From the NCBI GenBank assembly GCA_903839905.1, contig CAIMDX010000020.1, positions 1-48,777 on the forward strand: a stretch of 48,777 nucleotides of DNA, read 5' to 3'. This DNA is from an uncultured bacterium (GTDB lineage Bacteria; Patescibacteriota; Minisyncoccia; Minisyncoccales; JAQTVQ01). The stretch's first letter is position 1. Each line of letters starts with the position of its first letter. Below the pieces are notes generated by a model, which ran no database searches, was not told where the DNA came from, and saw only the letters and a list, made by a program, of their open reading frames with translations. Made by a program: the position numbers and the translations under genes. Below, piece after piece: positions 33,484 through 39,512 of the stretch.

Positions 33484-33700
33484 TGACGCGCGTCATTTTT
33501 GGTTAATGCGCGTCATGTCGCGCACTGTCGCGCTCCAATTTTGTTTGTCGCGCATCATGTCGCGCTTGTCGCGCACCTGTCGCGAATCATTTTTACTTGG
33601 CGCGCACTGTCGCGCATCGTGTCGCGCACTATGTCGCGACAAAACATAACTGTCGCGCATCATCCCAGAAAGGATTTAATCCTCTCTACGATTGACGCGC
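33484..33700 (+). repeat. Phased array of TG(T/A)CGCG(C/A) octamers
   Basis: Ten direct TGTCGCG(C/A) copies start at 33516, 33526, 33546, 33558, 33567, 33578, 33608, 33620, 33632 and 33651. TGACGCGC variants are at 33484 (palindromic TGACGCGCGTCA), 33507 (inverted) and 33693. Confidence 0.9.
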
Positions 33701-33701
33701 T

Positions 33702-35003
33702 TTACTTTTCAGTTTTGGCTTTGGGCTTCTTGGCCTTGACTGGTTTTTTGGCTTTTTTATCAGTCTTAGCCTCTTTTCCCTCCTCTTCTTTGTTTTCTGC
33801 TTGCTCAATGGATGGCGTTTCTTTTTCTTCTGTATTTTCCTGCTGGGCTTCAGCCTTCCTCTCTTCCAACTGTTCCGGGCTTTTAACATCAATCTTCCAG
33901 CCGGTCAATTTAGCCGCCAGCCGGACATTCTGCCCTTCACGGCCGATGGCCAAAGACAATTGGTCGCTAGGCACCACCACTAAAGCAGTATTTTTGGGCA
34001 AAACTTGAACTTCAATAACTTTAGCCGGCGAAAGAGCGTTAGCCACATATTTTTCCGTTTGATCAGAGTATTCAACAATATCAATCTTCTCTCCGCCCAG
34101 CTCGGATATAACGGCAGAAACCCTCACTCCTCTTTGGCCAACCATGGCGCCGATAGGATCAACGCCTTCGGCCAAAGAAGCTACGGAAACCTTGGTCCTG
34201 GAACCGGCTTCGCGGGCAATAGCTTTGATTTCAATCTGGCCGGCGGAAATTTCAGGCACTTCCAGCTCAAAAAGCTTAGAAATCAGCTTGGGATAAGCGC
34301 GGGACAATAGAATAAAAGGCCCGCGGGAGCTTTCTTCCACTTTTATCACGAAAACTTTAAGCCTTTGGCCGGAACGATAAAACTCCCCCCTTACCTGCTC
34401 TTCTCTGGGCAAATAGCCCAATGTTTTGCCGATATCCAAATAAAGGCCGCCGGATTCCACTCTTTGGATAATGCCGGAAAGAATGTCCCCTTCTTTGGAT
34501 TTGTATTCTTCCATGATGCCGATTCTTTCCGCTTCCCTTATTTTCTGAAGCACAACCTGTTTGGCGGTTTGCGAAGCAATACGGCCAAAATCGGTCTTTT
34601 CTTCCAAGGGAAAGATCAATTCTGTTCCGGATTCCACTTTTTTGTCTATTTTTTTAGCCTCGTCAAGCATAATATGCTTTTCCGGATTGAATCTGACTTT
34701 TTTTACTTCCCCTTCAGCTGCCGCCTCTTCGGCTTCCAGCTCTCCTTCGGTTTTATTCTTCAAATCTTCAAGCTCCGCTTCGGAATAGATCGTTGAATCA
34801 TCAACCACGATCTTTACTTGCCAAAAATTAACTTTGCCAAGCTTAGAATCAAGGCTGGCTTTGATGATCTGGCCTTTTTGGCCATATTCCTTTTTATAAG
34901 CCGCGGCTAAAGCCTGCTCGGTGATCTCAATCACCTTTTCCTGCGGCAAAGCTTTTTCTTCCGCGATTTGGGCGATCGCTGACGCAAATGATTTTAGATC
35001 CAT
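33702..35003 (-). CDS. nusA: Transcription termination/antitermination factor NusA
   Basis: 433 aa with N-terminal, S1 and two KH domains ([17 protein letters not shown]), plus a Lys/Glu-rich C-terminal tail. Confidence 0.92.
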   Translation of the reverse strand: MDLKSFASAIAQIAEEKALPQEKVIEITEQALAAAYKKEYGQKGQIIKASLDSKLGKVNFWQVKIVVDDSTIYSEAELEDLKNKTEGELEAEEAAAEGEVKKVRFNPEKHIMLDEAKKIDKKVESGTELIFPLEEKTDFGRIASQTAKQVVLQKIREAERIGIMEEYKSKEGDILSGIIQRVESGGLYLDIGKTLGYLPREEQVRGEFYRSGQRLKVFVIKVEESSRGPFILLSRAYPKLISKLFELEVPEISAGQIEIKAIAREAGSRTKVSVASLAEGVDPIGAMVGQRGVRVSAVISELGGEKIDIVEYSDQTEKYVANALSPAKVIEVQVLPKNTALVVVPSDQLSLAIGREGQNVRLAAKLTGWKIDVKSPEQLEERKAEAQQENTEEKETPSIEQAENKEEEGKEAKTDKKAKKPVKAKKPKAKTEK

Positions 35004-35170
35004 ATTATTTTATCAGCCTTCAGCCGAAACGGCCTTTAGGCTTAATGATTATTTTTAAATTATTTATATTTTTTTAAAAAAAGACCGGGTTCAGCCGGGC
35101 ATGGTCATCAAAATCTGTCATTAACTATTGCCATAATAACAGAAAGAGGAAGCCTGTCAAGGCTAGCGAT

Positions 35171-35310
35171 ATAAAATGTAAAAATTAAAATGCAAAATGA
35201 CAATTTAAAATTTCAAAATTTTCGTTTCGGGCATTTTAACATTTTAATTTGTCATTTTGATTTTTGCCTGCCGGTAGGCAGGATATTTGCATTTTAAATT
35301 ATCGTTTTAT
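35171..35310. repeat. Long low-complexity palindrome with GC clamp
   Basis: Arms built of AAAATG/TAAAAT words (35171-35220 versus 35232-35265). Loop TTCGTTTCGGG. CCTGCC-GGTA-GGCAGG at 35267-35282. Confidence 0.7.
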
Positions 35311-35393
35311 CCTTTGCCCTTTTCGTTTTTTTCAACTAAAGTATAATTAAGAAGCTAGCCATAATAATATTTCAGTTTCACAGGTTTAAAGAA

Positions 35394-36863
35394 ATGCACT
35401 TGGAAATCCCCAAAGAAATAAAATTTGTGCTTGATGGCTTGAAAAATAAGGGCTTTCAAGCTTATGCCGTTGGCGGCTGCGTCCGCGACATCCTAAGAGG
35501 GAAAAAACCTTCCGATTGGGATGTAACAACCAATGCCAATCCTGAACAGATCGGAACGGTTTTTTTGGAAAGCTTCAGCAACAATAAATTCGGCACGGTT
35601 ACGGTTGTTGTTGAAAGCGAAGATCCGTCGTTGCGCGAAATAGAGATTACGCCTTTCCGCACCGAACAAAAATATTCCGACAAGCGCCATCCGGATGAGG
35701 TTAAATGGGCCAAAACTATTGAGGAAGACTTAAGCCGCCGGGATTTTACAATCAACGCCTTGGCTTTGGACGAAACAGCAGGGGAGGCGAGTATTATTGA
35801 TTTATTCAATGGACAAAAAGATTTGAGGGACCAAATTATCCGCACAGTTGGAAGCGCCGAAGAAAGGTTTGGCGAAGATGCTTTAAGAATGTTAAGAGCC
35901 GTCCGTTTTTCCGCCGCCTTGGGAGAAGACTGGAAGATAGAACCCCAAACCCAAAAAGCCATTGAGTCCAGCGCCCATTGGCTGAAAGCCATCTCCCAGG
36001 AAAGGATCAAAGACGAACTATGTAAAATAATATCGTCCGGGCAGGCGGCGCGAGGCATAGAAACCCTTAGGAAAACCGGCCTATTGCAATATATTCTTCC
36101 GGAATTAATGGAAGGATATAAAGTCGGACAGAACAAACACCATGTTTATGATGTTTACGAGCATTGCGTTCGCTGCTTGGACTTTACCGCCAAAAAAAAC
36201 TTCAATTGTCATGTCCGTATGGCCGCTTTGCTCCATGACATCGGCAAACCGCGGTCCAAAAGGGGAGAAGGCCTTAATTCTACATTTTATGGCCACGATA
36301 TCATTGGCGCCAAAATGTGCGGCCAAGCTTTACAGCGGTTAAAATTTCCCAAAAAAGATAATGACAAGGTTACGCTTTTGGTCCGATACCATTTGTTTTA
36401 TTACAATGTGGACGAAGTAGGGGAATCATCCATCCGCCGCTTGGTGCGCAATGTCGGAACGAAAAATATGGAAGAACTGCTACAGGTAAGAATGGCTGAC
36501 CGCATCGGCTCGGGCTGTCCCAAGGCAGAACCATATAAACTAAGGCATTTGAAATATATCGTAGATAAAGTGGCCCAAGACCCGATTTCGGCCAAAATGC
36601 TTAAAGCTAACGGACAAGATGTGATGAAAATGCTGGAAATCAAGCCCGGCCCGAAGATCGGGGATATTCTGGATATCCTTTTAGGCATAGTTTTGCTGGA
36701 CCCGAAGAAGAACACTAAAAAATTCCTAGAAGGGGAGATTAAAAAACTGGGAAAAATGTCTGAAGAAGAATTGTCATCTCTTTCCCAAAAAGCCAAACAA
36801 GAACGAGACAAAACCGAAGTGAAAAGAGACGAGATGACAAAGAAGAAGTATTGGGTCACCTAG
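35394..36863 (+). CDS. cca: CCA-adding enzyme (tRNA nucleotidyltransferase, HD-domain type)
   Basis: 489 aa. GGCVRD....DWDV polymerase-beta motif, RDFT.NA, and HD domain LLHDIGK. Confidence 0.85.
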   Translation: MHLEIPKEIKFVLDGLKNKGFQAYAVGGCVRDILRGKKPSDWDVTTNANPEQIGTVFLESFSNNKFGTVTVVVESEDPSLREIEITPFRTEQKYSDKRHPDEVKWAKTIEEDLSRRDFTINALALDETAGEASIIDLFNGQKDLRDQIIRTVGSAEERFGEDALRMLRAVRFSAALGEDWKIEPQTQKAIESSAHWLKAISQERIKDELCKIISSGQAARGIETLRKTGLLQYILPELMEGYKVGQNKHHVYDVYEHCVRCLDFTAKKNFNCHVRMAALLHDIGKPRSKRGEGLNSTFYGHDIIGAKMCGQALQRLKFPKKDNDKVTLLVRYHLFYYNVDEVGESSIRRLVRNVGTKNMEELLQVRMADRIGSGCPKAEPYKLRHLKYIVDKVAQDPISAKMLKANGQDVMKMLEIKPGPKIGDILDILLGIVLLDPKKNTKKFLEGEIKKLGKMSEEELSSLSQKAKQERDKTEVKRDEMTKKKYWVT

Positions 36864-36870
36864 CTTATGT

Positions 36871-37013
36871 CCGAAGCAACTCGTTTTCAGGCAAGCGCTA
36901 AAATTCCCTCCGACTTTGCCTCGCCGTAGCTCTCGCTCCCTGCCTGCCGGCAGGCAGGGAGCGAAGGCGGGGTTCCATAGCCTCCGGATCATGCCTGAAA
37001 ACGATTGCTTCGG
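36871..37013. repeat. About 140-nt nested hairpin element
   Basis: Outer stem CCGAAGCAACTCGTTTTCAGGCA (36871-36893) / TGCCTGAAAACGATTGCTTCGG (36992-37013). Inner perfect palindrome CGCTCCCTGCCTGCC|GGCAGGCAGGGAGCG (36934-36963). Carries copy B of the CGCCGTAGCTC...GAGCGAAGG motif (36914-36972). Confidence 0.85.
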
Positions 37014-37040
37014 CCAACGCTTTAAAGGTTTACGGCGAAC

Positions 37041-37183
37041 GAATTTTCAATTTCTAATTTCTATTAAATTTCTAATTAACGAATTTTCAAACCGTGAGCT
37101 CGCGAATGTCCTTTTATTTAAAAATCCGCCGATAAAAAAATTAAGAATTAAAACATTGAAAATTGAATAGAAATTAGAAATTC
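37041..37183. repeat. Inverted repeat of AATTTCTAATTTCTATT words
   Basis: GAATTTTCAATTTCTAATTTCTATT (37041-37065) versus GAAAATTGAATAGAAATTAGAAATTC (37158-37183). The 17-bp core is exact. Confidence 0.7.
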
Positions 37184-37259
37184 AGGCTTCAGTTTCACAA
37201 CTTCTTATAAATCTGCTAAGATTCTAGGCGTCCTACGGCGCATAGCCGTAAAACAACAG

Positions 37260-37330
37260 CGGGGTGTAGTATACCGGTAGTACGTGCCCTTCGGGAGGGT
37301 ATAGACTGGGTTCGATTCCCAGCACCCCGA
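37260..37330 (+). tRNA. tRNA-Pro (anticodon CGG)
   Basis: 71 nt. Acceptor CGGGGTG/CACCCCG, anticodon loop UUCGGGA, T-arm CTGGG-TTCGATT-CCCAG. No CCA encoded. Confidence 0.9.
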
Positions 37331-37362
37331 CTACTTTTAATAAACTAAGCGCATATTTATAA

Positions 37363-37391
37363 TTGACACTCATTTCAACCCTTGATACGCT
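37363..37391 (+). promoter_or_regulatory. Sigma70-like promoter TTGACA-17-TACGCT (TG-extended)
   Basis: Consensus -35, 17-nt spacer, and TGA before the -10. Lies 30 nt upstream of an AAGGGAGG Shine-Dalgarno. Confidence 0.45.
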
Positions 37392-37420
37392 AGGTTAACC
37401 AACCTAAAGGGAGGATAAAC

Positions 37421-37570
37421 ATGGTATGTTCTTACGGGAATCCTAAAAATAGACCTCCGAACAAATCTCTTTGCGCAAAAGGCAGACAAAAAAAAGGCCT
37501 GCCACTAGGAGGAGATCCCAACCGGCCGTTTCCGAAGACCAAAAAAACAGAAAATGATAAAAAAAGTTAG
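37421..37570 (+). CDS. Candidate small basic protein (49 aa)
   Basis: AAGGGAGG-ATAAAC-ATG. Translation: MVCSYGNPKNRPPNKSLCAKGRQKKGLPLGGDPNRPFPKTKKTENDKKS. Below the ORF-track cut-off. Confidence 0.3.
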   Translation: MVCSYGNPKNRPPNKSLCAKGRQKKGLPLGGDPNRPFPKTKKTENDKKS

Positions 37571-37737
37571 GTTGCAGTTCTTTGCAAAAATGCGTTAAAG
37601 TTTGGCTCTGTCCGTTTTTTATTGGCAGGCCTCTTTTTTTGTTAAAGATTTTTTGATAAACTAAACAAGATTTCAATGTTTGCATCTTAGTTTTAAGAGA
37701 GAGTAAAGGAGGGCATCGCCACACTGAGAACGAAAGA

Positions 37738-37778
37738 GGGCTTTGCCTCGCCGTAGCTCTCGCAAGAGCGAAGGAGGG
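37738..37778 (+). repeat. Copy C of the CTTTGCCTCGCCGTAGCTC...GAGCGAAGGAGGG motif (no GC clamp)
   Basis: GGGCTTTGCCTCGCCGTAGCTCTCGCAAGAGCGAAGGAGGG. Its last 3 nt are the first 3 nt of the following tRNA-like gene. Confidence 0.8.
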
Positions 37779-37846
37779 CCTGTAGTACAGTGGTAACACG
37801 CTGCATTCGCATTGCAGAGACGGGAGTCCGATTCTCCCCAGGTCCA
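37776..37846 (+). tRNA. tRNA-Ala (anticodon CGC)-like, structurally degenerate (possible pseudogene)
   Basis: Acceptor GGGCCTG/CAGGTCC with G3:U70. Anticodon arm CTGCA-TTCGCAT-TGCAG. The D-stem has only 2 Watson-Crick pairs (GTAC/ACAC). The T-loop is TCCGATT (C at position 55). Confidence 0.55.
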
Positions 37847-37880
37847 CATTCGTGAAGGATGGTTGCGGAAGCGCGAGTCC

Positions 37881-37953
37881 GGGACGTAAGATCCGCCGAG
37901 CGGATCAACGTCCCAGCCACGTAAAAATTTTTTTTGAAAATTTTGTACGTGGC
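37881..37953 (+). other. Two adjacent strong hairpins between the tRNA 3'-end duplicates
   Basis: GGGACGT-AA-GATCCGC-CGA-GCGGATC-A-ACGTCCC (37881-37914). GCCACGTA-(AT-rich interior)-TACGTGGC (37916-37953). Confidence 0.7.
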
Positions 37954-37971
37954 GATTCTCCCCAGGTCCAC
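37954..37971 (+). repeat. 18-bp direct repeat of the tRNA-Ala-like 3' end
   Basis: GATTCTCCCCAGGTCCAC is identical to 37830-37847 (T-loop to discriminator). A third partial copy, GGTCCACCA, is at 38072-38080. Confidence 0.9.
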
Positions 37972-38073
37972 CCCGTTAGAAGTTTTAAATTCAAAAATAT
38001 CTCACAAATCCATTTGCTATTAGAAAAAATAATGGATTTGCCTTTATCCCGGAATGTAAAATTTCTAACGGGG
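37971..38073 (+). other. Nested inverted repeats (structured segment)
   Basis: Outer 11-bp stem CCCCGTTAGAA (37971-37981) / TTCTAACGGGG (38063-38073). Inner 10-bp stem CAAATCCATT (38005-38014) / AATGGATTTG (38031-38040). Confidence 0.65.
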
Positions 38074-38155
38074 TCCACCATAGCTAGTAGATGAGTAAAG
38101 AGTAAATGAGTAAGCGAGTAAGCGAGAACTGGCAGAGCCAGTTTCTCCATAAAAA

Positions 38156-39004
38156 ATGAATTTTTTACTTCCAATTTTTGCCGCAATCTTGCAAGCTGGT
38201 TCCTTTACGCTTGATAAGGTTGTTTTATCAATCAAGCGAGTGGATTTCAGAACATATACTGGCGTTAGCTTCCCGCTAATATTCCTCACGACCTTGGCAA
38301 TCTTCCTTATTTTCCGCCCTGCTTTTTCATTTGGCTTGCTTGCCGGAAATTTATTATGGCTATTACTTGTTTCGGTGGGGATAACCATTGTTTCCAACCT
38401 TCTTTTTTATCGCGCGCTTGATGACGACCAGCTAGGGGAAATCCAAACGCTTGATCTTCTGCGAAATATTCCCATTATTGTTTCTTCAAGCCTTATTTTC
38501 GCGGACGAACGAAATTTTTTCGTAATCGTTCCTGCTCTTATCGCTTCTGCCGCGGTCATTTGGTCCCACTGGGAAGGCCGCCATTTCAAAATAAAAAAGA
38601 ACACCTTGCCTTTTCTTATTTGGTCTTTGCTGGCCGCCGCAATCGGCACTCCTATCATAAAAATCCTTCTTGAAGGCTGGAATCCCATATCCCTTGAGCT
38701 GGTTCGTTCCGGCATAACGGCTCTAATCCTCGGTCCGTTATTTTTTAAACATGCCAGTAAAATTTCCCTCAAAGCGTTCTGGCTTTTACTTGCCACTAAT
38801 GCTCTAACTTCTATTGCTTGGATATTATTCTATTTCAGCTACCAGCGATCGGGAATCGTCTACACGATTTTAATATTCTCTCTCCAGCCATTACTTGTGT
38901 ATCTAGCCTCGGTTTTCTTTCTTAAAGAACCTCTACAACGCAAGAAAACCGTTGCTTTCGCCATCGCCCTAATCTCAATCGCCATCGCCCAGGTCATCCG
39001 GTAG
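38156..39004 (+). CDS. DMT/EamA-like polytopic membrane transporter
   Basis: 282 aa with about 10 hydrophobic segments arranged as two similar halves. Confidence 0.55.
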   Translation: MNFLLPIFAAILQAGSFTLDKVVLSIKRVDFRTYTGVSFPLIFLTTLAIFLIFRPAFSFGLLAGNLLWLLLVSVGITIVSNLLFYRALDDDQLGEIQTLDLLRNIPIIVSSSLIFADERNFFVIVPALIASAAVIWSHWEGRHFKIKKNTLPFLIWSLLAAAIGTPIIKILLEGWNPISLELVRSGITALILGPLFFKHASKISLKAFWLLLATNALTSIAWILFYFSYQRSGIVYTILIFSLQPLLVYLASVFFLKEPLQRKKTVAFAIALISIAIAQVIR

Positions 39005-39026
39005 ACTAGCGAGGAATTAACTTCTT

Positions 39027-39076
39027 AGCTTGTAGGGCGACGGCATTTATTCCTCTAAGGAAAATAGCTACAAGCT
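39027..39076. repeat. Hairpin AGCTTGTAG...CTACAAGCT
   Basis: 9-bp inverted repeat. The same AGCTTGTAG/CTACAAGCT words recur at about 15043-15075 and 18040-18055. Confidence 0.6.
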
Positions 39077-39119
39077 CAACAGCTTTGACTTTTGCTGATG
39101 AAAAAGTAAAATTAAACTA

Positions 39120-39497
39120 ATGGCAATGATTTTACTTTTCTTTGAGTGGTATTACAAAGAAATTCCACAAAAATTCTATAAGATTTGGAGCAATTACCTT
39201 TGGTTTTGGGGTTATTATTTTTCTTTGGGGGACACCCTTCGGACATTTTTTTCTCCCTGGAAAAGGATCTACGAAAATTACGGCCGCGGTTTTGATATCC
39301 AAAAATGGCTTTCCGCTTTTGTTGGAAACTTGTTCTCCTGCTTCATAGGCATGTTTTTAAGAAGCTTCCTGATAATAGCCTTGCTTATTGCCGAAATTCT
39401 TACCATCGCTATCGGTATTCTTTTCTTGGCCTTTTGGCTGGCGTTCCCTTTAATCTTGATATCAGCTTTCATAAAAGGCTTAATTTATATTATCTAA
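39120..39497 (+). CDS. Hypothetical membrane protein
   Basis: 125 aa. Trp/Tyr-rich N-terminus and two C-terminal TM helices. Its stop lies 13 nt upstream of the start of the Clp-like ATPase gene. Confidence 0.6.
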   Translation: MAMILLFFEWYYKEIPQKFYKIWSNYLWFWGYYFSLGDTLRTFFSPWKRIYENYGRGFDIQKWLSAFVGNLFSCFIGMFLRSFLIIALLIAEILTIAIGILFLAFWLAFPLILISAFIKGLIYII

Positions 39498-39512
39498 AGA
39501 GCGGATATTCTT

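Noticed and set aside
33484-33700. CRISPR array interpretation of the repeat cluster
   Set aside because: The repeat unit is only 8 nt and the 'spacers' are 1-22 nt. There are no cas genes, and the geometry is incompatible with any CRISPR type.
33499-34008. 169-aa plus-strand ORF ([26 protein letters not shown]...)
   Set aside because: Its N-terminal half is just the translation of the TGTCGCGC repeat array. Its C-terminal half is antisense to the nusA 3' end. It has no start context and its composition is a repeat artefact.
37443-37971. Two minus-strand ORFs both starting MDLGRI (134 aa and 92 aa)
   Set aside because: They are antisense readings across the tRNA-Ala-like gene and its 18-bp duplicate, which is why both start identically. 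They cover intergenic repeats and have low-complexity content.
37776-38082. tmRNA (ssrA) hypothesis, based on G3:U70 Ala identity and a downstream ...GGTCCACCA
   Set aside because: The 5' part is a full cloverleaf with its own anticodon arm and its own 3' acceptor strand. No T-arm precedes the distal CCA-like end. No plausible resume codon or tag ORF ending in a hydrophobic tail was found.
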